This document shows positions 26,659 through 37,502 of a stretch of DNA of 64,000 nt, one piece after another; the stretch's first letter is position 1; each line of letters starts with the position of its first letter. The position numbers and the translations under genes are program-made. The stretch spans positions 32,001 through 96,000 of the IMG/VR virus record IMGVR_UViG_3300011774_000001. One strand, given 5' to 3'. The notes under the pieces were generated by a model. The model searched no databases. It was not told the origin of the DNA and worked only from the letters and a program-made list of their open reading frames with translations. This DNA is from a virus. Lineage: Duplodnaviria; Caudoviricetes.

Positions 26659-27669
26659 ATGCGTACCACTCTTGCACCTACCACGTTGAGCATCGGCTCG
26701 ACTGACGATGTATTAGTCAAAAGTTCTTCTGAGGTTACCAGTACCACGGACAACACCTCCGTAAAGGACATGCTGGTAGGTTTAAAGGACGAAACAGTTG
26801 ATGCCCTGCGTAAGACACCCAAACTGGCTTCGCAGCTCACCAAGCTCGTTGTAGACGCCAAGACGGGTAGGCTCAATGCAACCAATGCATTGTCCCGCCT
26901 GAACAGTGTGTTCGGCAACAAAGGTGGGATCATCGACAAGCTGTCCACCAAAACAGTTTCTGTAATGTCCGACACGTTGGGTATGGACCCCAAACTTGCC
27001 AAACGTGTCATGACAACAGTCAAGGATGTAGCTGGCGGTAAGACCAGTCTCCTTGGCTACTCGGCCAATGTGACTTCCTCCCAAGGGTTGGTCAACACGA
27101 TCCAGCGTCTCTTGGGTGACAAGGACATCATTGGCTACGTTGACTTGGATGCTGAGGCGTCCCTGCTGTCAGGTTTGCTCAAAGAAGCAGTCAAGGCAGG
27201 TATTCCTCAATCCGTCGACATCCTCCTCAAGGAGGCCACCAGTCCTGAGACGAAAAGACGGGTCATCAGTGAAAACGTCTACGCAATTGTGTTCAGCGGA
27301 AACCTGACCACTGTAGAGAAGTTAACCACGCACATGACCCCTGAACAGATCAGGGCACAATACCCACACTTTGCCAGGGACTTCTTGGCGCAATTCGCAC
27401 TGACTCCAGCTGACACTGTGGATAAGTACGCGGAGATCAAACAACGCATCATTACACTGTTTACGAGGGTAGACGCTAACTGGGACAAGTCCTTGCGAGA
27501 CGAGGTATGGATTGCCTCGCTAGCGCCTTTCACCAAAGCCTCTGAAGACGCTACCACGATCTTCAATACGTCCCCACCGTATCGGGCTGCGCTGGTGCTG
27601 GCCAAGAACTATCCTTCCTACGAGATCAAGTCCTGGATCAAAAAGCACTACCCGTACTTCCCCGCTTAG
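26659..27669 (+). CDS. Hypothetical, probably virion-associated protein
   Basis: 336-aa ORF near the tail module. Confidence 0.7.
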   Translation: MRTTLAPTTLSIGSTDDVLVKSSSEVTSTTDNTSVKDMLVGLKDETVDALRKTPKLASQLTKLVVDAKTGRLNATNALSRLNSVFGNKGGIIDKLSTKTVSVMSDTLGMDPKLAKRVMTTVKDVAGGKTSLLGYSANVTSSQGLVNTIQRLLGDKDIIGYVDLDAEASLLSGLLKEAVKAGIPQSVDILLKEATSPETKRRVISENVYAIVFSGNLTTVEKLTTHMTPEQIRAQYPHFARDFLAQFALTPADTVDKYAEIKQRIITLFTRVDANWDKSLRDEVWIASLAPFTKASEDATTIFNTSPPYRAALVLAKNYPSYEIKSWIKKHYPYFPA

Positions 27670-27685
27670 ATGAAGGCGCACCACC

Positions 27686-28264
27686 ATGGAAGAGAAAATC
27701 CTGATTGTGCCAATCAGAAAGTTTGACATGTACAGCGTGTCTTACAACAAGGACTTTACCGCAGCATTGGGTAAACCACATTGGCTGACCAACGAGAACT
27801 ACGTCTACTACTTGGGTGAGAAGTATTCCAATGAGTGGGTTGTGGTTCCACGGGGATACGCTACCGACGGCGCAACAGTACCACCTGCCTTCCAAAGCAT
27901 CCTGCAAGTGTTTGGCAAGCACGGCTCCGCAGTCATTCTCCATGACTGGCTGTGCGAATACGGATACGTTTGGCATCGCAGCCTGATCTCTGGAGAGGTC
28001 ACCAAGCGCATGCTGACGCGTGAGGAAATCGATGCCATCTTCGTGGAAGCGTTGGGTGTCATTGAAATGGACCCCGGCACCATCCATTGGGTGAAGATGG
28101 GGTTTGCTGCTCACCGTATCGTTACCCGTCCTCCAGTCCCCAACCTGGATGCAGCCAAACAACGATTGGAGCTTAACTATGCTCAAGCGAAGGGCTGGCA
28201 CCCTTTCGACGGCAGTTTGCTCTGGGACGTAGTTGATCACCCCCCTCTCTGGGCAATCGCATAA
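27686..28264 (+). CDS. DUF1353-family protein
   Basis: VPRGYATDGATVP...AVILHDWLC...REEIDAIFVEAL. Confidence 0.8.
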   Translation: MEEKILIVPIRKFDMYSVSYNKDFTAALGKPHWLTNENYVYYLGEKYSNEWVVVPRGYATDGATVPPAFQSILQVFGKHGSAVILHDWLCEYGYVWHRSLISGEVTKRMLTREEIDAIFVEALGVIEMDPGTIHWVKMGFAAHRIVTRPPVPNLDAAKQRLELNYAQAKGWHPFDGSLLWDVVDHPPLWAIA

Positions 28265-28304
28265 AAGGCTAGCCCCCTGCCCTTGCGGGCAGGGGGACTA
28301 TGCC
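28259..28304. terminator. Bidirectional hairpin terminator
   Basis: gcataa...ccccctgccc-ttgc-gggcaggggg-actatgcc. Confidence 0.8.
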
Positions 28305-28305
28305 G

Positions 28306-30438
28306 TCAGTTGTTTGCAACCGTACCCTTGGTGAAGATGTTGAGCATCCTGGAAGGAAGCCATCCACCCACCTTGTTCTGGAATGCAGACGTTGTCGTCC
28401 ACGACTCGTAACTGGAGATCATCTTGGTCATGGCAATCTTGAGTTTCTGCGTGGTGTAGATTTGCTCTTGCAGAGTCAGACCACCAAATACCGCCATCAT
28501 TTCCGAATACTTGTTCGAGTCATCCCACGTGGTTGGGTCTGTCAGCGTGGCCGCTCCTTGGAAGAAACGGTTCTCACCGACCACTGCGCCCGTAGCACCG
28601 TCAGCCATCTTGCCCACAGTCTGCTTCACACCGCTCCAGAAGCCCGCCTCAGTCGAGATTGGCATGGTGACGATGCTAGACAGGTCTACGATCGAAAACG
28701 TCACTGTGACGCCCAGAGGATCGCCATCAGCGTTACGACCCATGGTTCCCACACCGGTACTGATAGACAGATCGCGGATCATGCCCAGTTTGATCGTGTG
28801 ACGCGAACGCGAGTAGGCTTCACAGATGAACGGGGCAGTGTACGACTGTTTACCCGTGGCCAGTGGGAGAACGCCTGCCAGCAACATCGAGACCGGAATC
28901 CAGATGTTCTTGAAGCGACTGATAGGATCACCTGACCAGCTACGCAGCTCGATGGTGTACGACGGAGCAGGGAGCGATGCAGCAGCGCTCTGCCAGGTCT
29001 GAGGGATGTCCACGAAGGCGTTACCCATCAGCGCTGTCAGGTTGGACACACCAATCATGTCCAGACCACCTGCCATCATCCCCTTAACAGCGCCCGCCAC
29101 CTCATCCACGATACCAATACCGGTTTGGAATTGGGCAGCGTTGAACATGATGGAACGTGCACGAGCCGTTACGCCGTTAGCGTTCTGAGCAATCTCAGAT
29201 TCACCCACGGTGTTACTGAACGAGGTGGTGGTAGGTCCAGTGGAGTCTACGCGGAAGGTAACGAACTCAGAACCGTCGTTAGCCGAAGCCCGTTCGTGTT
29301 CTGCCATGGCTTCAAAGAAGCCCCACTTGGCCATGGTGCTGTTATCGGCCATCTTCTTGCCGGTGGAGTCAACTTGAATGTTGGTTTCATTCTCCACCTT
29401 AAAGGCGTTGACCTGTCGTTCGAGAGCCTCTGTGGAAAGGTTCTCAAACTGGTTACCCGTGGCATTGAGATAACGACTCACGTAATCTCGAATGTTACCC
29501 ACGTTGGTGTCGGTCAGCGCAGACAGATACGCCGAGTTGGTCCAGCTTCTGAAGGCATCGACGAACGCCCCCTTGGAAGACGCCTGGATGGCAAGGTCGT
29601 TGACTGCCTCCTGGAACTTCTGAGAGAGTCTGTTGTAACGGTTGGCCACACCGAACAAGTCAATACCACCGTCCTTACGGAAGATGTCAGGGAGCTGTTC
29701 GTTGTAATACTTGATCTCAGCCAAACGCGCTTGCGCTTCTTCTTTGGTCTCATCACGGCCACCGACACGGGGAATGATACCCATGTTAACGGCAATGGAG
29801 TTGGCAATGTTGTTTGCCGCAGACCAGTAGTTGTGCATGGTCGGGTCGAGGTAGTAGTACCGCGATACCGAGGAGCCCAGCAGAAAGCTGATAGCCTTAC
29901 CTGCAAACATGACCGGAGCGTAAGCAAAGCCCACAACCCAACCCAATGCCTGACCCATGCGGTAGAACACACCAGGACCTTTACCGGTACGGGCAATGAC
30001 CGACGCTTCTGGATCGTAGAAGGTAAAGAAGAACGACAACAGGCTGTTGAACTTGGGCACACCGAAACGCATGGTGATGTATTCACCGGTGTCGTCGTAC
30101 ATGTCCGAGTAGGCTCGCCCTAGGCCTCTCGAAGCGGTCGCCCCTGCTCGAACGTCATCCGCCTGATCGTTGGCCGCAATGAGCGGCTTGATAATCGGGT
30201 TGTCGATCGAGTAACTGTAAAGCGTGTTCAAGCCGGCCACAGTCATGTCGGCATAAACAGTGAATTGTGGAGGTGGGTTGATACAGCGTGCACCACCCAA
30301 TGTGGTATCGGCGAACTTGATGCGTGCTCCCGATTCCAAACGCGCGCGACGATCTGTACTCGCACGGCCCGCTCGGGCGATCAGAAAGCTGGAGCGCACC
30401 CAGCTGTCGTTGCGAATACCCGCAAGAGCTGTTGCCAT
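28306..30438 (-). CDS. Tail/baseplate structural protein (phiKZ gp182-like)
   Basis: KFADTTLGG...INPPPQFT..AD, MRFGVP.FNSL, GNAFVDIP..W, SYT.PF motifs; downstream of the gp181-like gene. Confidence 0.75.
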   Translation of the reverse strand: MATALAGIRNDSWVRSSFLIARAGRASTDRRARLESGARIKFADTTLGGARCINPPPQFTVYADMTVAGLNTLYSYSIDNPIIKPLIAANDQADDVRAGATASRGLGRAYSDMYDDTGEYITMRFGVPKFNSLLSFFFTFYDPEASVIARTGKGPGVFYRMGQALGWVVGFAYAPVMFAGKAISFLLGSSVSRYYYLDPTMHNYWSAANNIANSIAVNMGIIPRVGGRDETKEEAQARLAEIKYYNEQLPDIFRKDGGIDLFGVANRYNRLSQKFQEAVNDLAIQASSKGAFVDAFRSWTNSAYLSALTDTNVGNIRDYVSRYLNATGNQFENLSTEALERQVNAFKVENETNIQVDSTGKKMADNSTMAKWGFFEAMAEHERASANDGSEFVTFRVDSTGPTTTSFSNTVGESEIAQNANGVTARARSIMFNAAQFQTGIGIVDEVAGAVKGMMAGGLDMIGVSNLTALMGNAFVDIPQTWQSAAASLPAPSYTIELRSWSGDPISRFKNIWIPVSMLLAGVLPLATGKQSYTAPFICEAYSRSRHTIKLGMIRDLSISTGVGTMGRNADGDPLGVTVTFSIVDLSSIVTMPISTEAGFWSGVKQTVGKMADGATGAVVGENRFFQGAATLTDPTTWDDSNKYSEMMAVFGGLTLQEQIYTTQKLKIAMTKMISSYESWTTTSAFQNKVGGWLPSRMLNIFTKGTVANN

Positions 30439-30466
30439 GGTTGAGTCCTTTTGTTAAAGGGGTGAG

Positions 30467-30504
30467 GTCATAAAGTAAGCAGGGCGCCCCCGAAGGGGCA
30501 CCCT
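30467..30504 (-). terminator. UUCG hairpin + TTTATGAC terminator
   Basis: Minus strand agggtgcccc-ttcg-ggggcgccct (G.U pair forms only on minus). Confidence 0.65.
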
Positions 30505-30508
30505 ACTC

Positions 30509-33500
30509 TCACGTCACCTGAGGCGCTTTGACACTCATTGGACCGCCAGACCCTGTGGTTGGACCACGTTGTTGCTGGGTCATCTGCTGAGCGATGATCT
30601 GGAGCAGCTGAACCTGCTGTTGTTGCATTTGCAGGGACTTGTTCCCGATATCGACCAACTTATCAATGCCAGCACCGGAAGTGTTAGCCGCCGATGTGCT
30701 TTGTGCAGACGCTTGAGCCGCCTTCTGTTGTGCCTGTTGCATGGCCTCGCTCGGAGATGGAGCACCGGTGTCTACTACTGGAGCAGAAGCACCGCCCGAA
30801 CCAGACGATGGACCAGACCCACCACCCGAAGAAGTAGTGGTCAGAGAAGCCTTAAGGGCCTCAGGAGGAGCGCCAGGACCTGCCGCAATATCTGCGCCGC
30901 CCGAGTTCGCATCACGTGCAAGACTTGCCACGGATGGTTTCGGTTGTTCCCCGGTAGGACCTGTCGTTGGAGCCACGTTGCCTTGTGCGTTTGCATCTGG
31001 GTTTGGACTGTTGTCCTTGCCAGCCTCGGCCACCTGTTGCTGTGGACCGTCTTTGGACATGACTTCAGTACCTTGCCCTGCACGCAGTACGCTGTCGTCA
31101 ACCTTCTCACCTTTGGACTTCAAGTAGGAGTACATCAGGGCGCCGTACTTGTTACGGTTACCCACCTGCTTGCTGGCCATGAGATCGATGATCTGGCGGA
31201 ACGTACGTGGTTTGGTCTTGTCGCCACCGACCCAGAAGATCGGTTTGTTGTAGCTCGCCTCTTTCGGCATGACATCGGCGCCGTAACGATCGAGGTTCTT
31301 GAGAGCAGTCTTGTAACCACCAGCACCCAAGAAGTGAGCCATGTACGCATCGACGTCAGTCAGAGGTCTGTTGAGCGCGCTCTTGATCTCTTTCATGTTG
31401 TCTTGCATGTACATCACGGTCATCAGGGCGTTAGCCCGTGGATCGTTCGGATCAGTACCCGGCAGGATACCAAACTTCTTCCCGTGCTTGGCGATCATCG
31501 TTTTCCACGTACCCGAGATGAACTGCCCAAGACCGGTTGCAGAACCACCCATCGCGGATTTGACAGAGGAGTCAAACGCAGACTCACTGGCGAACAAGCC
31601 CGCCAATACACCTGGGTCAATACCCGTCATCTTCGCAACAGCTGCAATCAGTTCCTTGTGCGCCTCAAAGCCCTTACGAGCTGTCGGCATTGGCAGATCG
31701 TTGACGTTACCAGACGACCCACCATTCGGGTCAAACGTCACACCTACCCCGCCACCATTCTGGGCGTTGTATTCCCCGGCTTTACCACCGACACCTTGGT
31801 TGTACAGGTCCGTCTTGTTCTGGTTGTAGGTGTCCGACAAATTCCCGCCAGGAGTTTTCTCCCCCGACTTGAACATGTTGGTGAACCAGTTCCCCGAATC
31901 GCTGGACGGTGTGGCACCCTTATCGCCACCTACGCCAAAGAAGTTCTTGACGCTGTCCATTGCACCGGAGAAGAAGTCTTTGGTCTTAGACAACAGACCG
32001 GACTTCACTTTACCAGACTCGCCCGCCACCTCGTCGAGTTGTTGCTTCTCAACGTCTTTGATGAGCGCCTTCATGTTCTCCGCCACGGTGGACGAATCAG
32101 TGTTAGGCGCGTCACCGAAGTACGGCGACAGGGGGACCTTCCAGATCGCTACGAAGTTGTCCTTGTAGTACGAACCCGCAGAGATGACAGCTTCAGCCAA
32201 CTTGTACTGCTCAGTTGGCTTGCAGTGCAGGTGAGCCAGCAATGGATCGGTGTTACCCGACACTGCTTTCAATGCACCCACGTAGGCCTTGTACACAGGC
32301 AGGAAGCGGTAATCCAACCAATCCTTGAACTGGTTGTAGTTGTCAGAGCCCGGTTGACCTACACCGAACTTGGCACCCGCCAGACTGATCAGCTCTTCCA
32401 GTGTGCCAGTGTAATCGGCAGTACCGGTGGAGCTGGCAGTCATCTTCTGCTGCGCTGCCCACTCCAGATAGAGCAGGGCGTTGACCTTCTGCACATCCAG
32501 AGTGATCAGGCCGTAAGCACGAACCCGGATGGTACGCAGAGCATCCAGCACGCCCTTAGGCAACAGGGAGGATGGGAACTCTTTGGCAGCTCCACCTGTG
32601 GAAGGCTTGGTGCCGCCACTACCACCTGCAAACACACCCGCCATCATCGGACTCATCGAACCCACTGCAACAGCAGCAGCCGCTTGCCCTACAACGTTCT
32701 GGGTGGTCATTGGACCCGCAGCATTATTAACACCTGCCATCGGACCCATAGCCACAGCTACAGCAGCACCCGTGCCCAACTTAGCCGCTTCCTCAGCCAA
32801 TTGCTTGGCCTTGTCATTCCCACCTTTCGGTAGAGGCAGTTCGGTTTTGGCATTGGCTTTGCTGAACTTCTCAGCCGCAGCATCCGCCAGCGCTTTGATG
32901 GCCGCAGGGTCGGTGAGCATCTCCATGTCTTCACCGGGTGGTTGAGCAATGGTCCAACCCGCACTGCCCGCTGTCTTGACCAACTCCAGCAATGTCTTCT
33001 TGCTGTCGTCATTAAGCTTGTCGTCGACTTCTGGTAACTGAGCACCTGTGTCTACCTTATTCAAGGCAATAACCCACGTGTCGAACACCAGACGGAAGCG
33101 CTTGTCGTACCACTCCTGGAAGTTACGGAACTTAAGGTCCTTTGGCTTCTCAGGATCGATGTCAAACTCTTTCAGAGCTGCGATAGCATCATCGCCACCT
33201 GCACCCACATCCAGTTTCCCGTCAGTGACTTTGGTGTGTTTGAGGATCTTCTCCTCAAAGGCCAACATCTTCTTGGCCACATCGCTGTCTTTACCATCCC
33301 AACCATACTGAGCCAGACGCAGCCTTTGCAGCGGACGATCTTTGGAAGCGTCGTACCACTTGTAGGCGAGCCATGCCACAGTACCCACGGCCATGGCAAT
33401 GCCAACTGCTGCAGCCACAGGTGCCGAGATGATACCCGCCGCTACTGCACCAGTGGCCAGTGCCCCACGGAGCAAGAAGCTACCAGCGGTACGCAGACCG

Positions 33501-36500
33501 AGTCCAGCGGCTCCACGAAGCCCGATAGAACCGAGAGCACCACGTGCAGCAGAAACGCCAGGAATGCGAGCAAGCTGCTTACCAGCCCAACCCACGCCCG
33601 GAATCTTGCCCAGCATGCGGCCACCCCATTTGCCGAAGCGCTTGGTTTTAGCCCATGCTTTACCCAACATGCCTTTACCGTGTTCCGCAAGGTCTGCAGC
33701 GTTAGCGGCGTCTTGCAGGTCAAACCCTTCACCTTCTTCCTCCTCTTTCTTCTTGCCACCGAACAGACCTTTGAGCTTATCGCCCAATGCCCCGAGGATA
33801 CCCAGTCCACCAGCAGCCTTACCAGCACCAGCCCCACCCATTGCAGCACGGTCAGCGTCTTTATCAGACTTGGCCTTGCGCTTGGCGAGAATGTCCTGCC
33901 AGCTACCTTCTACGACACCGTCCCCGTCTCGATCCCCAACTTTCTTTTTACGGTTGTTTGGGTTGAGTTGAGCGATCTGTTCCAGGATTGCCGTTTGTAC
34001 CTCAAGTTGAGCGGATAGGATGCCATTGGTGCCCGAGTCTTCACTCAGCCAACGGTTGACCTTGCCACCCACTCCAGCCAGTGCACTCATCGCCCAGTTG
34101 CCGAAGCCCTTGGCGCGTTTGATCAAGCCACTGCCAAAGTTCTTGAGACCTGTCCACGCTTTCTTTGCATTACCCCACGCCGCTTTACCGACGTTCTTGA
34201 TACGGCCGACCGCAGTGAGCCAGTTGGCCTGGATCTTTTCGCCCATCTGGTTGACGAGGCCTTTGCGCATGTCATCGAGTGACAGCACGAGGTTACCCGA
34301 CAAGTCCATCACGTCGCCCTTGATGTCGCTGAGCTTAGTGATCACCTTGCCGGTTGCCTTGTCAATGTAGCCACCGTTCTGCAACACGAACTTGAGCAGG
34401 CGAGGTGTATCTTCACCCACCACGTAGACGTCATGCAGTTCAGTCAACTTACCCCAGATCCAGTCCTTGGCACTGCCAAAGGCACGTTTGACTTTGCCGA
34501 TGGTGTTACCCCAGGCACCGGCAGCCTTTTCAAACAGGCTGTTACCCAGATCCTTGATGTTCTTGATCCCCGCCATCATCACACGACGACCCAGTCGGTC
34601 ATGTAGACCACGCTTGATGTCATCGATGGTGAGCACGATGCGGGTGGTCCCGTCCTCCATCAGCTCTTCCACTTCCCCGGTGATATCGGAAAGCTTCTTG
34701 ATGATTTTGCCGGTGACCTTATCGCGATACATCCCTGCTTCAATCTTGCGGGCTTCCAGTGCAGCACGTTCCCAGCCCTTGACATACACGTCAACAACCT
34801 GACCTTTCCAGTTGTCGAGGAAGGTGGCAGCTTGACCTGCTTTACCTTTACCCCACGACAGAGCACCCGTAACCTTGTTCCGAGCACTGGTCAGTCGATT
34901 GCCTACAAACTTGCGTGCATTACCCAAGTGGTTGCCAATGGAGGTGCGGGCTTTACCGAGACGGTTCTTCCACACAGCCCCTTCAGTACCCAACTGCTTG
35001 CCGTTGACAATGAACAGGTCGTCCGACACCACGACGTTGGCCTGTTGGCGTCCGTCGGTCAGGATGTCCATGATCTCTTCGAGAACCATGGTCTGGTAGC
35101 CTGAGTTGTATGTGTCGTTCATGGCTTCCAAGGCGGTGATCACCTTGTCCATGCGAGTGATGTACTCGTCGACCGGCCCACAGCACTCATCGTCTTCCTG
35201 CTTAGCCTTAGACTCTTGTAGAGCCTTAGCGACGGCCTCGCCCATCAGGTTGTAGTTGATACTACCACCGGTTGGGAGGAACGGTTGAGTACGACGATTC
35301 TGCTGAGCCAGCAGTTGTTGGTTGGTGAACTGTTGCAGGGAGTTGGACAGCGAGAGGATGGCCTTGTTACCAGCACCCTTACCACCGCCCAATGCACGAC
35401 CTTTAGGCGAGTAGGCACGAGGACCGAAGTCTTCACCCACCTTACCTTCACCCAAACGCAGGTCATTGACCGCATCCAGATTCAGCTGCACAAAGCCGTC
35501 TTTATCAGTGAGCAGACCAGCCGCGATCAGTTCTTCCTTGTACCCTGCGTCGATCAATGTACGGATCATCGGCATTGGGTCTTGGAAGTTGTGGCGCATG
35601 CCTTGCAGCAATTGCCCGATGTCGGCTTCCTTGTTGTTGATCTCTTCCGAGGAGGAGGTGAACTGTCCATCAATCCCCAAACCAAAACGCTTGGACAGAT
35701 GGTCACGCACCGCAGCCTTACCAGCAGCAGAGCCTGGGCCAAACATCCCGCCGCCCTGAGCCAGTGCCTTGATGTCGAACTTGCGGTTACGCATGTTCAG
35801 TTCCACCAGATGACGTTGCAACGCTTTACGGGCATCACCTTTGAGTTCCCCTTCCGGGTCGATCTCTTTGATGACTTTGTCAATACCCTCTACGTTGTAC
35901 TTGTCCTGGCCTTCCATCATGAACTGGTTGACCACCCGCTTGACCATGGTCTTGGAATCGGTAAAGGTCCCAGACGCTGCGTCATAGCGGATCATCGGCA
36001 CATCTTCATCACCCGTACGGAACTTCACCACCTCATGGTGGATACGGGCCAGCAAGCCTGGGATGACATCGATGATGGATCGGTTGGTCAGCTGGTTAAA
36101 GTTGTCCGGCATGTGACCCGATTGCAGGTCATTGCCTTTAACCGACGTGTCCAGTCGGGTGGAGTACAACAGGCTGCGACCCATGTCCTTGAAGAAGCCT
36201 TTAATGGTACCGTCGTTGTCACGCTTACCAGCTTGCTCATCCAACCAACGCCCACCGTTGGTCATCACGTTACGGAACTGGCCCTGACGAGCATTGAACC
36301 GAGCGTTCTGTCCCAACTTGGCCTTGACACGATCGCCGTACTTGCTGCTGGCCCAATCACTGGCAGCACCCAGACCGAGATCCATCAGGGTAGCCAGACT
36401 GTCGTCTTCGCCACCTGCGGCTTTCATCTCGTTCTGCATTTGGATGATGTCACCGCCTGCATCAGCAGCGCCACGGAAACCCTCACGGGCAGAGCGTAGC

Positions 36501-37441
36501 TTGTCGCCGATAGTGCGAGTGACACGGGACTTGAGGTTACTGGTAGTCTTTGCCAGATAGTCGCCCAAGTTACCCGACAACGCCTGAGACACCTGACCCA
36601 GCAAGCGCTGTTGAGTCAGTCGACCGAACTCTTCCGACTTGGTGATCTTCACAGCCTCTGGCAGCGCGGTGTTCTTGACGATCACATCCAAACGGTTGAG
36701 CGTATCGGCAGCAGTCTTGGTGGCGTTGTCCACCAAATCCGCCAACATGAAGTTTTGGTTCATCTGCAGCTCAAGCGTTTTGCGCTTCCAGCGTGCATCG
36801 ATGCCTTCATTATAGTCGCGGATCTGACGCAGGCTGGTGTCCATCGAAGTGAACGCGGCCATCTGCGTAGTGAAACGTTTGCGAACTGCAACCTCTTGGT
36901 TCAGTCTGCGAGCCTCGGCAGTTTCCTTATCTGCCATGGCCTGATCATTCTGGATGCCCATGATCTCGTCAAGCTTACCCGAGATCTCATCCTGCCGCTC
37001 TTGCTCCTTGGACTTACCCATGCCGTAGGAATCATCTTCCCCAGCTATTTTGTCAAGGAACTTGCCTAACTTATCAGGGAGACTCCCCCGCACTTTAGGC
37101 AGAGTACGGCGCAGGGTTTTTTGCATGTCCTGTTTGGTCTTTTGGACCTCAGACATGTTGACGTCGAAAATGTCCTTCATATTGGACGCGGCGTCAAACC
37201 CTACCCCAACCGCATCGCTGTAAGCACCTGGCATTGTTCGTGACAGGGTCTTACGAATCCGGTTAGGGTCTGCGATGGTTTTGCCAACGGACTTCATCGC
37301 GGTGGTTGCGACTTTACGGACGGGAGACCGGTCATCCTTTGGCTCTTCGAATGCATCGTCGAAGTTAAAGTCTGGCCAATCTAGATCATCCATGTTGTCG
37401 ATATCGAACTCGATATCTCCACCTTCGTTCTTCTTGGCCAT
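30509..37441 (-). CDS. Tail tape-measure-like protein with C-terminal lytic transglycosylase (phiKZ gp181-like)
   Basis: ~2310 aa; SLT motifs GIDPGVLAGLFASES, ATGLGQFISGTW, DPRANALM, YMAHFLG; DVYV.G...Y.DK.TGK.I.KLSDI repeats; alternative start 37453. Confidence 0.9.
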   Translation of the reverse strand: MAKKNEGGDIEFDIDNMDDLDWPDFNFDDAFEEPKDDRSPVRKVATTAMKSVGKTIADPNRIRKTLSRTMPGAYSDAVGVGFDAASNMKDIFDVNMSEVQKTKQDMQKTLRRTLPKVRGSLPDKLGKFLDKIAGEDDSYGMGKSKEQERQDEISGKLDEIMGIQNDQAMADKETAEARRLNQEVAVRKRFTTQMAAFTSMDTSLRQIRDYNEGIDARWKRKTLELQMNQNFMLADLVDNATKTAADTLNRLDVIVKNTALPEAVKITKSEEFGRLTQQRLLGQVSQALSGNLGDYLAKTTSNLKSRVTRTIGDKLRSAREGFRGAADAGGDIIQMQNEMKAAGGEDDSLATLMDLGLGAASDWASSKYGDRVKAKLGQNARFNARQGQFRNVMTNGGRWLDEQAGKRDNDGTIKGFFKDMGRSLLYSTRLDTSVKGNDLQSGHMPDNFNQLTNRSIIDVIPGLLARIHHEVVKFRTGDEDVPMIRYDAASGTFTDSKTMVKRVVNQFMMEGQDKYNVEGIDKVIKEIDPEGELKGDARKALQRHLVELNMRNRKFDIKALAQGGGMFGPGSAAGKAAVRDHLSKRFGLGIDGQFTSSSEEINNKEADIGQLLQGMRHNFQDPMPMIRTLIDAGYKEELIAAGLLTDKDGFVQLNLDAVNDLRLGEGKVGEDFGPRAYSPKGRALGGGKGAGNKAILSLSNSLQQFTNQQLLAQQNRRTQPFLPTGGSINYNLMGEAVAKALQESKAKQEDDECCGPVDEYITRMDKVITALEAMNDTYNSGYQTMVLEEIMDILTDGRQQANVVVSDDLFIVNGKQLGTEGAVWKNRLGKARTSIGNHLGNARKFVGNRLTSARNKVTGALSWGKGKAGQAATFLDNWKGQVVDVYVKGWERAALEARKIEAGMYRDKVTGKIIKKLSDITGEVEELMEDGTTRIVLTIDDIKRGLHDRLGRRVMMAGIKNIKDLGNSLFEKAAGAWGNTIGKVKRAFGSAKDWIWGKLTELHDVYVVGEDTPRLLKFVLQNGGYIDKATGKVITKLSDIKGDVMDLSGNLVLSLDDMRKGLVNQMGEKIQANWLTAVGRIKNVGKAAWGNAKKAWTGLKNFGSGLIKRAKGFGNWAMSALAGVGGKVNRWLSEDSGTNGILSAQLEVQTAILEQIAQLNPNNRKKKVGDRDGDGVVEGSWQDILAKRKAKSDKDADRAAMGGAGAGKAAGGLGILGALGDKLKGLFGGKKKEEEEGEGFDLQDAANAADLAEHGKGMLGKAWAKTKRFGKWGGRMLGKIPGVGWAGKQLARIPGVSAARGALGSIGLRGAAGLGLRTAGSFLLRGALATGAVAAGIISAPVAAAVGIAMAVGTVAWLAYKWYDASKDRPLQRLRLAQYGWDGKDSDVAKKMLAFEEKILKHTKVTDGKLDVGAGGDDAIAALKEFDIDPEKPKDLKFRNFQEWYDKRFRLVFDTWVIALNKVDTGAQLPEVDDKLNDDSKKTLLELVKTAGSAGWTIAQPPGEDMEMLTDPAAIKALADAAAEKFSKANAKTELPLPKGGNDKAKQLAEEAAKLGTGAAVAVAMGPMAGVNNAAGPMTTQNVVGQAAAAVAVGSMSPMMAGVFAGGSGGTKPSTGGAAKEFPSSLLPKGVLDALRTIRVRAYGLITLDVQKVNALLYLEWAAQQKMTASSTGTADYTGTLEELISLAGAKFGVGQPGSDNYNQFKDWLDYRFLPVYKAYVGALKAVSGNTDPLLAHLHCKPTEQYKLAEAVISAGSYYKDNFVAIWKVPLSPYFGDAPNTDSSTVAENMKALIKDVEKQQLDEVAGESGKVKSGLLSKTKDFFSGAMDSVKNFFGVGGDKGATPSSDSGNWFTNMFKSGEKTPGGNLSDTYNQNKTDLYNQGVGGKAGEYNAQNGGGVGVTFDPNGGSSGNVNDLPMPTARKGFEAHKELIAAVAKMTGIDPGVLAGLFASESAFDSSVKSAMGGSATGLGQFISGTWKTMIAKHGKKFGILPGTDPNDPRANALMTVMYMQDNMKEIKSALNRPLTDVDAYMAHFLGAGGYKTALKNLDRYGADVMPKEASYNKPIFWVGGDKTKPRTFRQIIDLMASKQVGNRNKYGALMYSYLKSKGEKVDDSVLRAGQGTEVMSKDGPQQQVAEAGKDNSPNPDANAQGNVAPTTGPTGEQPKPSVASLARDANSGGADIAAGPGAPPEALKASLTTTSSGGGSGPSSGSGGASAPVVDTGAPSPSEAMQQAQQKAAQASAQSTSAANTSGAGIDKLVDIGNKSLQMQQQQVQLLQIIAQQMTQQQRGPTTGSGGPMSVKAPQVT

Positions 37442-37502
37442 AGTTTCACCCATCGGTCAAAAGTTTCTTAATCATACATTAACTGAAATTGGTGAAGGGC
37501 TT